Notes: generated from the letters alone by a model not told the origin. A stretch of 48,293 nt of DNA from Fidelibacterota bacterium (GCA_049975265.1 JBNGDF010000018.1:1-48293), one strand, 5' to 3'; shown: positions 9,914-20,050, numbered from the stretch's first letter. Numbers and translations are program-made.

Positions 9914-12651
9914 GACATTGGAAGGTCTGCGGACTGTTCATTCTGCTATTCGGGCTTATTTTTGTAAGTTTTGGCGGAACAACGGGTAAAATCACCGGGC
10001 AGGTTACCGATCAGGATACCGGAACACCGTTGTTCGGTGCCAATGTCATATTGAAGGGGACCTCAATGGGTGCGGCGACCAATGCGGAAGGTAAGTTTTT
10101 AATTTTGAACGTTCCGCCGGGAAGTTATAATTTGGAAATATCGATGATCGGTTATCAGAAACAGCTCCTGACCGATGTCCTGGTACAGATCGACCTGACC
10201 ACCCGCGTGACGATTGAACTGTCGTCCACAGTGCTGGAAGCCGGTGAAGCCGTGACCGTCATTGCCGAGCGACCGGTGATTCAGAAGGATAAAACATCTT
10301 CCGAGTCACGTGTCGGTGCTGAAGAGATTGAAGCCTTACCGGTTACGGAAGTTCGGGACCTGCTGGAGATGCAAAGCGGTGTCACCGTCGATGCGGGCGG
10401 CGGAATTCATATTCGCGGTGGTCGCTCTTCAGAAGTTGCTTATTGGGTTGATGGTCTCCCTGTTACCGATGCTTTTGACGGCAGTCAGGCGGTGACGGTT
10501 GAAAACGACGCCATTCAGGAGCTGCAGGTGATCAGCGGTACGTTTAATGCAGAGTATGGAAACGCCATGTCCGGGATTGTCAATATTGTTACGAAGGAGG
10601 GTGCTACAGAATACAAAGGCTCCATTTCAGCCTATCTGGGTGATTATATATCCTCGGATACAAAATTATATCGTAATATTGAAGAAATTAATCCGTTGCA
10701 CGAACGCAATCTCCAGCTCAACTTAGAGGGACCGATTCCATTGTTAAAAGAGAAACTAAGTTTCTTTACTTCCATTAAAAAAACCTATACCGACGGCTGG
10801 CTATACGGAATCGGCTATTTCAACATGTATGGCGATACTCTCGATGATGTCAAGAATGTTCCGATGAACTGGCGTGACCGCTTTACAACCAATACAAAGC
10901 TCACTTTCAAACCCTTAGCGAAACTGAAATTCCGCCTTTCTTATATGACCAGTGATGAGACCTACGAAATGTATGATCACTTTCTTCAGTATGTTCCCGA
11001 TGCGAATATGGAATATTATGACAAGGGACGCAATTTATCTCTCGGCATGACGCATACCCTTACTCAGAGAACATTTTACGAATTAAAGTTTTCATCCTTC
11101 TATAGCTATTATCAAGCCTGGCTGTTTGAGGATCCCCATGATCCGCGTTACATTGATCCATATTACTGGGAGCATCAGGAACGGGTGAACCCCTACTATT
11201 GGTTTACCGATCACAGCATCAATACCAATCGTTATGAACAATTTACCAATACGAATATTCTGAAATTTGATTTCACGTCCCAGGTGAACGATCTGAATCT
11301 GGTTAAATTGGGAATTGAGGCAAAGCAGCTCAACGGTGGTATTGATGCATTTGCCATCACGGATGATCTGGAATCCACGGATTCTGTTTTTACACCATAT
11401 ATACCCCGAAAAAATGTAGAAGGCAAAAAATTCGGTGATTTTTACCGTTACAGTTTCAATGTAAAACCCGAAGAGTATTCCGCCTACATTCAGGATAAAC
11501 TGGAATTTCAAAGCGTGATCATCAATCTGGGAATCCGGTGGGATTATTTTAATGCCAACGGCTACGTACCCGCCGATCCAAAGGAGCCGTACATCGACAA
11601 TCCCCGCAATCCCGCGCTGGATTCCTTGACACTGGAAGAGAAAGAGGCGATCTGGTGGAAGAAAACCACGGCGAAGCAGCAACTAAGTCCCCGTCTGGGC
11701 ATTGCCTATCCGATAACCGACAGGGGGGTGATTCATTTTTCTTTTGGACATTTCTTTCAGATACCACCCTATGGACTGCTCTATGCCAATCCGGGATATA
11801 AATTACCGGAAACCAGCGGCACTTACGGTATTTATGGTAATCCCGACATGAAACCGCAGAAAACCGTGATGTATGAACTGGGGGTTAATCAGGAAATCAT
11901 TACGGATCTGTATATTGATTTAACCGGTTTTTACCGGGATGTTCGGGATTGGGTTTCCACCGGTGTACCGATCGATATTGGTGGCGGTACCCAGTATATC
12001 ACCTATGAGAATAAGGACTATTCCAATGTTCGTGGTGTTGTCCTCTCCGTGGATAAGAAATATCACGATCATTACTGGTTTAATTTATCCTATACGTTTC
12101 AGATTGCAGAGGGTTCAAATTCGGATCCGGGGGATGCCTTTGGTGCTATCCAGGCGAATCGAGAACCGCGGAAATATATAATTCCGCTGAACTGGGATCA
12201 GCGTCATACTCTGAACGGTGCGTTTTATTATGGAAGCGACCGGTGGGGTGCCACCTTAAATGCGCGATTCGGCTCCGGTTATCCCTATACCCCCACGGTT
12301 ACTACGGCATCACGGCAGGGCGCCAATGTGTCGGTTCAGCCGGAAACCAATAGTCGCCGGGTTGCACCCACCTATGAGTTCGATTTAAAATTGCATCGAA
12401 AATTGAAACTGCTCGGAACGGAGATCATGGTGTATATGGATATTTTCAACCTATTGGATACTCGCAACGAAATCTATGTCTGGAGCAGCACCGGGCGGGC
12501 GGATTCGAGCATCGAGGAGCTGCAGGCGGATGAAACCAGCCGGGCGTATCTGGCGGATCAGCGGATCAACACTGTGGAAGAGTATTTCCGGCATGCCGAA
12601 TGGTATTATGCTCCCCGCAAAATCAATATCGGTTTTAAAATTTCATTCTGA
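9910..12651 (+). CDS. TonB-dependent receptor with N-terminal carboxypeptidase-regulatory-like domain
   Basis: GTTGKITGQVTD..TGTPLFGANV; plug IHIRGGRSSEVAYWVDG and ISGTFNAEYGNAMSGIVNIVTKEG; LSPRLGIAYPI, NPDMKPQKTVMYELG, FNLLD; C-terminal PRKINIGFKISF. Confidence 0.93.
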   Translation: MRHWKVCGLFILLFGLIFVSFGGTTGKITGQVTDQDTGTPLFGANVILKGTSMGAATNAEGKFLILNVPPGSYNLEISMIGYQKQLLTDVLVQIDLTTRVTIELSSTVLEAGEAVTVIAERPVIQKDKTSSESRVGAEEIEALPVTEVRDLLEMQSGVTVDAGGGIHIRGGRSSEVAYWVDGLPVTDAFDGSQAVTVENDAIQELQVISGTFNAEYGNAMSGIVNIVTKEGATEYKGSISAYLGDYISSDTKLYRNIEEINPLHERNLQLNLEGPIPLLKEKLSFFTSIKKTYTDGWLYGIGYFNMYGDTLDDVKNVPMNWRDRFTTNTKLTFKPLAKLKFRLSYMTSDETYEMYDHFLQYVPDANMEYYDKGRNLSLGMTHTLTQRTFYELKFSSFYSYYQAWLFEDPHDPRYIDPYYWEHQERVNPYYWFTDHSINTNRYEQFTNTNILKFDFTSQVNDLNLVKLGIEAKQLNGGIDAFAITDDLESTDSVFTPYIPRKNVEGKKFGDFYRYSFNVKPEEYSAYIQDKLEFQSVIINLGIRWDYFNANGYVPADPKEPYIDNPRNPALDSLTLEEKEAIWWKKTTAKQQLSPRLGIAYPITDRGVIHFSFGHFFQIPPYGLLYANPGYKLPETSGTYGIYGNPDMKPQKTVMYELGVNQEIITDLYIDLTGFYRDVRDWVSTGVPIDIGGGTQYITYENKDYSNVRGVVLSVDKKYHDHYWFNLSYTFQIAEGSNSDPGDAFGAIQANREPRKYIIPLNWDQRHTLNGAFYYGSDRWGATLNARFGSGYPYTPTVTTASRQGANVSVQPETNSRRVAPTYEFDLKLHRKLKLLGTEIMVYMDIFNLLDTRNEIYVWSSTGRADSSIEELQADETSRAYLADQRINTVEEYFRHAEWYYAPRKINIGFKISF

Positions 12652-12665
12652 TAGAGGTATAAATT

Positions 12666-15600
12666 ATGAAATTCATCAGATTCATTTCTTTTATCTTGAT
12701 ATCCGCACTGTTAGTCGCGCAGCACGTTCCCAGTAAGGAGCGCGGTGATCATAACTTTCGCCGACAGACAAACATCGACGGTAATAAAGTCCGGACCTCC
12801 ATTTTTAATTATGGTGTTACCGGGCGACCGGAAGCCGGGGCACAGTATGTGCCTTATGAATGGCCCAAGAATTCCGGTCAGCATTATATTGCCATGACTC
12901 AAATCTGGGTCGGCGCCGAAGTAGTATCGGAAAATGGCAATATAATCCGACTGGTTGATGTTGCCAACGGTCGGACCAATTCTGCTGGGGAGAGTCTGAA
13001 TTTCGAGCCGGTTCCCGGTTATTTGAATCCCGAATCGGACATGATTGCCAAAAGTGACGAGCCGGAGTCATGGCCTAGTTACTGGCCGGATAAATCCGAT
13101 GATGAAACCGATCCCGGCTGGACGGGGTCATGGAACGGTTATTTTGGCAAAGATCAGTTTAATTCCGATCAGGAGATCTATTTTAAGATTTCCGATGATC
13201 ATTATAAAAAATCCACTGTGACCTATTACCCCGATACCACCGATTTAAACCGTGGCGGTATCGGTATTCTGGCGGGCGTACGGGTGCTTGAATGGTCGCA
13301 GGTACTGGTTGAAGATGTGGTGTTTATACTGTACGAGATTCAGAATGATGGTACCGAGGATCTGGATAAGGTCTCTTTCAGTCTCTGGCTGGCAGATCTC
13401 GTCGGCGGTGACGGCGATACCGATGATGATTCGCCGGATTTCGATTTGCAGTATAATATCGCCTGGTGCAAGGACAGCGACGGAATCGGGAACGTGGAAT
13501 CTTTCGGCTCTGATCCGGTAGGTGTTGCCGCGGTTTCCTATCTTGAAACACCGGGTAACGCCCGGGATAGAATTGATAACGACGGCGACGGGGAGCCGAA
13601 CAGCCCGAAAGTGACCGCCGCCATGCTCGTCGGTGAAACCCACAACCGCATCGATGATAATGCCAATGGACTGGTGGATGAGGATAGCACTCATATTGCT
13701 TTTGGTGATTTCTCCGTTGGTGTCGGATTTGCCGACCGGATTGACAACGATTATGACGGGGAGTCTAACAGTCCGACAGTGACAGCCGCTATGGTCGAGG
13801 ATGCACGGACGGACAGATGGAACCGTTGGCCGCCGTTTCCGGAGAGTGATCCTTTTTCGCAGAATGTGGTCCACCTGATTGATGTGAAAGCAGAGGACCT
13901 GGGATGTAAATTCCGTGATTTTATTGATAACAATGACAATTCAGAGCTAGGGGGACCGGAAATTACGCAGGCAATGATTGATTCAGCCGCACTGGATTCA
14001 CCCTATTACCGCTACAAGGTGCCGGGAACGGCAATTATTCTTTACGATGTCAAAGATGAAGATATCGGTTGCCGCTACGCCGATGGTATCGATAATGACG
14101 GCGACGGTGCGGTTGACGAGGGCATTGATGAGAATATTGACGAAATGATTGATGAAAGCCGGGAAGACTTTATTGATAATGATGGTGATTGGGACCCGCT
14201 TTATGACGACGTGGGATTGGATGGTGCCTCCTATACCGGGGATCGCGGTGAAGGTGATGGCGTTCCCACTTCCGGCGCCGCAACCGATTTTCCCGGAGAA
14301 CCCAATATCGATAAGACCGACATTTCTGAATCTGACCAGATGGGTTTGACGTCGGTTGCCTATGACCGGGCGGGTTCCATTAATCTGGATTCCGACAATA
14401 ATTTATGGCGACTATATTTGACACCGGGAAAGTTCTGGCAGCCACCGCCCGGTGGTATTTCCGGTGATTACGATCTGTTTGTATCGTCAGGCTATTTCCC
14501 GCTGAAGTCGGGTCAAACTGAACGGATTTCCATGGCGGTTTGCCTTGGCGCCGACGAAGATGACGCCATTCGCAATATGCAGGTTGCACAGCGGACTTAT
14601 GATGAGGATTACCAATTCGCCAAACAGCCGATTCCACCCAATGTCACAGTGGTTGCCGGCGACGGTAAAGTTACACTCTACTGGGATGATGTAGCAGAGA
14701 GTTCCTTCGATTCCTATATGTTCGGAATTGGATCCCCGGGGTACGACTTTGAAGGGTACAAAGTCTTCAAGGCGACTGATACCGGCTTCAAAGATGCCCT
14801 GAAAATCACCGATGCCAGCGGTAATCTGACTTATTTAAAACCGATTTATCAGTGTGATCTGGTAGATGGACGGCAGGGCTATCATCCGGTCGACATAAAT
14901 GGGGTCAAATACAATCTTGGTTCCGATACAGGTATTTCGCATAGCTTTACTGATACCGATGTCCAGAATGGGCAGACCTATTATTATGCAGTTGTCTCCT
15001 ATGATTTTGGCGGGGATGCGACGAATAACATTCCCCCGACCGAGTGTAATATCAAACTTACGATCAATTCGGCAACCGGTGAAATCGAACAAAAAGGTCC
15101 CAATGTAGTTGTCGTGACGCCGGAAGCGCCGGCAGCCGGGTATGTGGAGGCAGACATTATCGATATCGATTTGGTATCGGGAATGACTACCAGTAAAATC
15201 GGATACCGAATCGTTGATCCGCTGAAAGTGCTGGATCAGCATACCTACCGGATCACTTTTGAAGATACCCTGAAGCCGAAAAAAGGAACCGGGATCGGTT
15301 ATGATACACTTGTTACCAAATCGTATACTCTTGAGGATGTCACTGATCGGGATGATCCCGATACGCTGGTTCTTCGCAACAGACAGTTTTATGCTGAGGA
15401 TGAGCAACCTATCATCGACGGCTGGCAGCTAACGTTTAATAATAAAAAACTGATTGATTTCAATATCAGTGAATCACACTGGAACCGCGACAGTCTTTGG
15501 CGCTTTGTGACGACTGTCTTTTCCCAATCTCTGACCATCGGGCGACCGATTGCGGCTGATTATCGGATAGAGATCGGGGATATTGGGACGGATTCGTCCA

Positions 15601-16325
15601 CCGCCTATACCGGTAATCTACCCTTTCTGGTTAAGTACGATGCCCAGGAGGTCAACTTTACTGTCAAGAAGCGGATTGCTTTAACCGGTGATGATGCAAC
15701 CGACTGGCAGACAATTCCCTTTGCTTTCGGTGATTTTTCTCCTCGTGGGTTCCCCGACGGTAAATTGAATGCCGATTCTGTCGAGAGCGACTGGGTTATC
15801 TTTTTGGATGACACAACCGAGACAGGTGAATTGAAGCCCACCTGGCGCTTTTCGCTTGATGCACCGCGACCGTCGGAGACCTATCGCAAATATCCGCCGC
15901 AAGCCGGTGACACTGCTTTTGTTGTGATCAATAAACCGTTTCTTTCCGGTGATGTTTTTGAATTTACCACCTTTACCTCCTATATCGATGAGGAGGCAGC
16001 GAAGTCGGATTTAAAGAGGATTAAAGTAGTACCGAATCCCTACGTGGCGGCGGCGACATGGGAATCGAAAAATCCTTTTGTCAGCGGGCGTGGTCCCCGT
16101 TCGATTCATTTTAACCATCTGCCGGCGGAGTGTACGATCCGGATATTTACGGTGTCCGGCGAGTTGGTCAAAATCATTGAACACAGTGCGCTTCTCAACG
16201 ATGGTTCTGAAGAGTGGGATTTGCTCACCCGGGACAATCTGTCTGCTTCATATGGAATTTACGTATATCATGTGGATGCGCCCGGGATCGGCGAACACGT
16301 AGGCAAATTTGCCATAATTAAATAG
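12666..16325 (+). CDS. Large secreted protein (1219 aa) with acidic DxDxDG-type repeats, Fn3-like domain and atypical T9SS-like C-terminal domain
   Basis: Signal peptide; repeated IDNDGDG/IDDNANGLVDE; AGDGKVTLYWD..FEGYKVFK..VQNGQTYYYAVVSYD; CTD KVVPNPY...IRIFTVSGELVK...WDLLTRDN..SYGIYVYHV..GKFAIIK. Confidence 0.82.
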   Translation: MKFIRFISFILISALLVAQHVPSKERGDHNFRRQTNIDGNKVRTSIFNYGVTGRPEAGAQYVPYEWPKNSGQHYIAMTQIWVGAEVVSENGNIIRLVDVANGRTNSAGESLNFEPVPGYLNPESDMIAKSDEPESWPSYWPDKSDDETDPGWTGSWNGYFGKDQFNSDQEIYFKISDDHYKKSTVTYYPDTTDLNRGGIGILAGVRVLEWSQVLVEDVVFILYEIQNDGTEDLDKVSFSLWLADLVGGDGDTDDDSPDFDLQYNIAWCKDSDGIGNVESFGSDPVGVAAVSYLETPGNARDRIDNDGDGEPNSPKVTAAMLVGETHNRIDDNANGLVDEDSTHIAFGDFSVGVGFADRIDNDYDGESNSPTVTAAMVEDARTDRWNRWPPFPESDPFSQNVVHLIDVKAEDLGCKFRDFIDNNDNSELGGPEITQAMIDSAALDSPYYRYKVPGTAIILYDVKDEDIGCRYADGIDNDGDGAVDEGIDENIDEMIDESREDFIDNDGDWDPLYDDVGLDGASYTGDRGEGDGVPTSGAATDFPGEPNIDKTDISESDQMGLTSVAYDRAGSINLDSDNNLWRLYLTPGKFWQPPPGGISGDYDLFVSSGYFPLKSGQTERISMAVCLGADEDDAIRNMQVAQRTYDEDYQFAKQPIPPNVTVVAGDGKVTLYWDDVAESSFDSYMFGIGSPGYDFEGYKVFKATDTGFKDALKITDASGNLTYLKPIYQCDLVDGRQGYHPVDINGVKYNLGSDTGISHSFTDTDVQNGQTYYYAVVSYDFGGDATNNIPPTECNIKLTINSATGEIEQKGPNVVVVTPEAPAAGYVEADIIDIDLVSGMTTSKIGYRIVDPLKVLDQHTYRITFEDTLKPKKGTGIGYDTLVTKSYTLEDVTDRDDPDTLVLRNRQFYAEDEQPIIDGWQLTFNNKKLIDFNISESHWNRDSLWRFVTTVFSQSLTIGRPIAADYRIEIGDIGTDSSTAYTGNLPFLVKYDAQEVNFTVKKRIALTGDDATDWQTIPFAFGDFSPRGFPDGKLNADSVESDWVIFLDDTTETGELKPTWRFSLDAPRPSETYRKYPPQAGDTAFVVINKPFLSGDVFEFTTFTSYIDEEAAKSDLKRIKVVPNPYVAAATWESKNPFVSGRGPRSIHFNHLPAECTIRIFTVSGELVKIIEHSALLNDGSEEWDLLTRDNLSASYGIYVYHVDAPGIGEHVGKFAIIK
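13560..14340 (+). repeat. Intragenic acidic, probably Ca2+-binding repeats
   Basis: RIDNDGDGEPNSPKVTAAM (DNA ~13571-13628) vs RIDNDYDGESNSPTVTAAM (~13739-13796); also FIDNNDNSELGGPEITQAM, GIDNDGDGAVDE, FIDNDGDW. Confidence 0.75.
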
Positions 16326-16334
16326 GTGCTTATT

Positions 16335-17363
16335 ATGGATATGAAGAAGCTGGGTTTCACTTTTTTGCTAATATTGACTGCATTGACGACGGTGCCCCTG
16401 GCGAAAACCGTGACAAAGACCGGTACGACCGCCGCCAAATTTCTGGCGATCGGAATCGGATCGAGAGCCAACGGCATGGGTGATGCCTTCACGGCAGTTG
16501 CAGATGATGGTACCGCTATGTACTGGAATCCTGCCGGGATTGCGCATCTGAACCGGATGGAGATAGTCAGCAATTACAGTCAGTGGATCGCCGATATCAA
16601 CCTAATGTATTTTGGGTTGGTACTGCCTTTTCAGCAGTACGGTACATTTGGCATCAATGCGACTCATCTGGCGGTAGGTGAGATGGAGGTCACCACCGAA
16701 GCCAATCCTGAAGGCACCGGTGAATTTTTTAATTCCGGCAGTTATGCGGTGGGGCTCAGTTATGCCAAAGTCCTGACCGACCGTTTTTCCATTGGCGGCA
16801 ATTTGAAGTACATCAATGAATATATCATGAACTCTTCCGCCGGGTCGGTGGCTCTGGACATCGGGACGCTCTTTTTCTCGCCGTTCTGGGGGATTCGGTT
16901 TGGTGCCAGTATCTCGAATTTCGGAGGCAAGATGCAGATGACCGGCGAGGATTTACTGGTTACCAAGGATATAGATGAAACCAAAGAGGGTAATAATGAG
17001 AGCGTAAATGCCTATTTAGCAACCGATAAATTCGACCTGCCTCTAATACTTCGTGTCGGTTTATCAGGAGATATTGGAAATTCGAAGTTTGTTCGCACTA
17101 CCTGGGCGATAGATGCCATTCATCCCAATGACAATTCCGAATATATCAATTTGGGGTTGGAAATTGGGCTGGCGAATGATCTGGTGGTTTTACGGGGAGG
17201 AGTAAAAGCGCTGTTTATGGATTATCGTGATGAGAATCTTTCGTTGGGCGGGGGATTGAATATCCCGCTTGCGAATCAAATAAAACTCCACGTGGATTAT
17301 GCCTACCAATCCTACCGCTATCTGGATCAGGTGCATAAGTACACGATGAGAATAGTGTTCTAA
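16335..17363 (+). CDS. PorV/PorQ (UPF0164)-family outer-membrane beta-barrel
   Basis: KTGTTAAKFLAIGIGSRANGMGDAFTAVADDGTAMYWNPAG N-terminal signature of the FadL-like PorV family; amphipathic strands; terminal Phe. Start uncertain (16326/16335/16341). Confidence 0.85.
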   Translation: MDMKKLGFTFLLILTALTTVPLAKTVTKTGTTAAKFLAIGIGSRANGMGDAFTAVADDGTAMYWNPAGIAHLNRMEIVSNYSQWIADINLMYFGLVLPFQQYGTFGINATHLAVGEMEVTTEANPEGTGEFFNSGSYAVGLSYAKVLTDRFSIGGNLKYINEYIMNSSAGSVALDIGTLFFSPFWGIRFGASISNFGGKMQMTGEDLLVTKDIDETKEGNNESVNAYLATDKFDLPLILRVGLSGDIGNSKFVRTTWAIDAIHPNDNSEYINLGLEIGLANDLVVLRGGVKALFMDYRDENLSLGGGLNIPLANQIKLHVDYAYQSYRYLDQVHKYTMRIVF

Positions 17364-17399
17364 CAGCAAGTTGTGTTTAACAAAAAAAGGAGAAACAAA

Positions 17400-19964
17400 A
17401 TGAAGAAAGTTGCAACAATCCTCATGCTCGTGGCTCTGGTGACGTTTGCGTTTGCGGATGTGAATGTCACTTTTCGACTTAATACGAGTGCAATGACGGA
17501 AGGGGTAACCGATTCCACCGCAATCATGCATGTCCGGGGTGAAATGAATAGTTGGGGAGACGGGAATCCTCTGACCAATGTAGGAGGCGATTACTGGGAA
17601 ACCACGATCCAGCTCACCGATGGCACCTACGGGTATAAGTTTACCTATACCGATGCCGTAACCGGTGCGGTTAAGTGGGAGGATGCGATCGGTAACCGAA
17701 GTGTGACCGTTGCCGGCGCGGATTTAGTAGTTGACCTGGCTTATTTTGATGATGTAGCACCCTATACGCCGACGGACAGTATTGATGTCTGGTTTCGGGT
17801 GAATATGGCTGGTGTACTGGATTATGACGGCACCAGTCCGGTTGGTGTACGTGGTTCAATTCCTCTGGATCCGACCTGGGAACATGCTGCAGAGCTGACC
17901 AAAGAAGGCGACACCGATTTTTATTCCGGGCTGGTCTCGTTTCCGAATTCTGATGCAGGAGACACGGTTGAGTACAAATTTGTCTGGGGACCGTTAGCCG
18001 GTTGGGATGGTGTCCACTGGGAATCACCCAAAAATGATTTACTAAATGGTAACCGTCACTTTATCCTTGGACCGGATACTACCCTGGCGTTCAAGTACTT
18101 TAGCGATGAACCGCCGGTGACCAATATTGATACCTTTGATGTTCGAATTGTGATGAATACGGCTACCATGGATAATATCACGGATTCAACCGCACTGTTT
18201 TTTGTCACCGGTAGTTATGACGGATGGGCTCATGATGATGACACCCTGACTCAGGTGGGTGACTATTGCTACAAGGATTTTCAGTTTGTTGGTCCGGCTG
18301 ATGGACTCGAGCTGGAATTTACCTTCTTCTATAAAATGCTGGCAACGATTGATCAGCAGAATTGGCAAGGTGGTAGCAATCTAAAACCTGTCGTAACATC
18401 TGATACTACATTAGTGTATTACTGGCAGAATGGAACAACACCGCCCTATACTCCAAGTGACAGCATTGATGTCTGGTTCCGGGTCAATATGGCTGGTGTG
18501 CCCGACTACGACGGCACCAGTCCGGTTGGTGTGCGCGGTTCCATTCCACTGGATCCGTCATGGGCAACGACCTTCGTATTGGATCAGGAAGGTGAAAGTG
18601 ATTACTATTCGGGTCACATGAAATTCCCGGTCGAAGATATCGGCGATACGATTCAGTACAAGTTTGTCTGGGGTGCAACATCCGGCTGGGATAATGTAAA
18701 TTGGGAATCACCCAAATATGATACCTGGCTGAATTCCGGTAATCGCTATTTCTTCGTGAATCAGGACACCACACTGGCGTTCAAGTACTTCAGTGACGAA
18801 CCGCCCACAGGTGTCAAACCACAGACCGCTTATGTAGTCTTCTCGGTGGATATGTCGGCGTATATCAGTCTGGGTATTTTCAGCGAAGCCAGGAAGGACT
18901 CCATGCAGATTCGGGGAACCTTCAACGGCTGGAATGACGGTGATCCGCTGAAATGTCAAATGACCAAGCAGCCGGGCACATCGATTTACTCGATTATTGC
19001 TGAAATTACCGATTTCCCTGGAAAAGAGATCGAGTACAAGTACTACATGAAAATGTCACAGGAATCGCTGGACTTCTGGGGAAATGCCGGTATCACCGAC
19101 ATCCATCCCGACTGGGGTTACGAGGTTCCGCCAACCCGTGGTGGTGGCAACCGCAAGATCGTATTCGAAGGTGACCCGAATGAATATCAGATACTGGATG
19201 TGGAAGCGTATAACGGTTTGCCTTTACAGGGGATAATTCCTGAGGGACATACCGTAGCGGTTACCTTCAGTATAGACATGAATAATGCACCTCTGTTCGA
19301 TCCGGCGACCGATTCGGTGCTGTTCTATTTCAAGGATGAATGGCAGGTCAATGCTCTCGGTCTGCGTGGTGAAACTCTGAAGTACACCGATGATAACAGC
19401 GATGGTATATATGATATCACGATTGATTTCGTCGGACCCACTGCTTATACCCTGATCTATACGGTTGGTTTTGTGGGACCTGAGAATTCCATCGAGGAAG
19501 GCGGCGGTTTTGAATTTGGTCGTTTCCGCTGCCGTTATATCCAGCCGACGACGATAGACCCGGTAAGCTGGCCTACGGCATATGCGACGCCGATGGACAC
19601 CTTTACCGAGGATCCGCCGCTTGATGTTGAGAACCCGCCGCTGGGCATTCTCAAGATCAATGATGAAGGTTTGGATATGCCGGAGAAATTTGCCCTTTCT
19701 CAGAATTATCCGAATCCTTTCAACCCCACTACTTCAATCCGTTTTACGGTACCCCGGTCCGAGATTGTAACACTGACGATTTACAATATGCTGGGGCAAG
19801 CGATTGTAAAAGAGATCTACAGCAGTCTGAATGCCGGACACTATTCCTTCGTCTGGAATGGTCGCGATATGTCCGGTAATCCGGTTGCCTCGGGCGTTTA
19901 CTTCTATGAATTAAATGCCGACAACCAATTCCGTGATATCAAGAAAATGGTTCTGATGAAATAG
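17400..19964 (+). CDS. Non-catalytic multi-module carbohydrate(starch)-binding protein with FlgD-Ig/T9SS-type CTD
   Basis: Start re-called at ATG 17400 (AAGGAG RBS, MKKVATILML signal peptide). About six modules of the pattern V.F.VNM...RG..xxW...Y(E/Q)YKF...WE...NR (CBM20/CBM48-like). CTD FALSQNYPNPFNPTT...WNGRDMSGNPVASGVYFY..KKMVLMK. Confidence 0.8.
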   Translation: MKKVATILMLVALVTFAFADVNVTFRLNTSAMTEGVTDSTAIMHVRGEMNSWGDGNPLTNVGGDYWETTIQLTDGTYGYKFTYTDAVTGAVKWEDAIGNRSVTVAGADLVVDLAYFDDVAPYTPTDSIDVWFRVNMAGVLDYDGTSPVGVRGSIPLDPTWEHAAELTKEGDTDFYSGLVSFPNSDAGDTVEYKFVWGPLAGWDGVHWESPKNDLLNGNRHFILGPDTTLAFKYFSDEPPVTNIDTFDVRIVMNTATMDNITDSTALFFVTGSYDGWAHDDDTLTQVGDYCYKDFQFVGPADGLELEFTFFYKMLATIDQQNWQGGSNLKPVVTSDTTLVYYWQNGTTPPYTPSDSIDVWFRVNMAGVPDYDGTSPVGVRGSIPLDPSWATTFVLDQEGESDYYSGHMKFPVEDIGDTIQYKFVWGATSGWDNVNWESPKYDTWLNSGNRYFFVNQDTTLAFKYFSDEPPTGVKPQTAYVVFSVDMSAYISLGIFSEARKDSMQIRGTFNGWNDGDPLKCQMTKQPGTSIYSIIAEITDFPGKEIEYKYYMKMSQESLDFWGNAGITDIHPDWGYEVPPTRGGGNRKIVFEGDPNEYQILDVEAYNGLPLQGIIPEGHTVAVTFSIDMNNAPLFDPATDSVLFYFKDEWQVNALGLRGETLKYTDDNSDGIYDITIDFVGPTAYTLIYTVGFVGPENSIEEGGGFEFGRFRCRYIQPTTIDPVSWPTAYATPMDTFTEDPPLDVENPPLGILKINDEGLDMPEKFALSQNYPNPFNPTTSIRFTVPRSEIVTLTIYNMLGQAIVKEIYSSLNAGHYSFVWNGRDMSGNPVASGVYFYELNADNQFRDIKKMVLMK
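17761..18807 (+). repeat. Intragenic duplication of a ~120-aa binding module
   Basis: PYTPTDSIDVWFRVNMAGVLDYDGTSPVGVRGSIPLDP...YKFVWG...WESPK...TTLAFKYFSDEPP (~17761-18116) recurs almost identically at ~18445-18807; many DNA differences are at third codon positions. Confidence 0.9.
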
Positions 19965-19979
19965 GTTGGTTGTTTTGAT

Positions 19980-20016
19980 GAGAGCGGGGAGAAATCCCCG
20001 CTCTCCTTCTCTTTTC
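19980..20016 (+). terminator. Strong stem-loop (terminator or mRNA stabiliser) inside the alpha-glucan locus
   Basis: GAGAGCGGGGA-gaaa-TCCCCGCTCTC, a perfect 11-bp stem, followed by an interrupted pyrimidine tract CTTCTCTTTT. Confidence 0.75.
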
Positions 20017-20050
20017 CTTAATTTTTTCAAATCGTGCAAAGGACTAACGG

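Noticed and set aside
17761..18807. DNA repeats as CRISPR, DGR template/variable repeat or mobile-element ends
   Set aside because: Both copies are in frame in one CDS, differences are largely synonymous and not adenine-specific, and no RT or cas gene is present.
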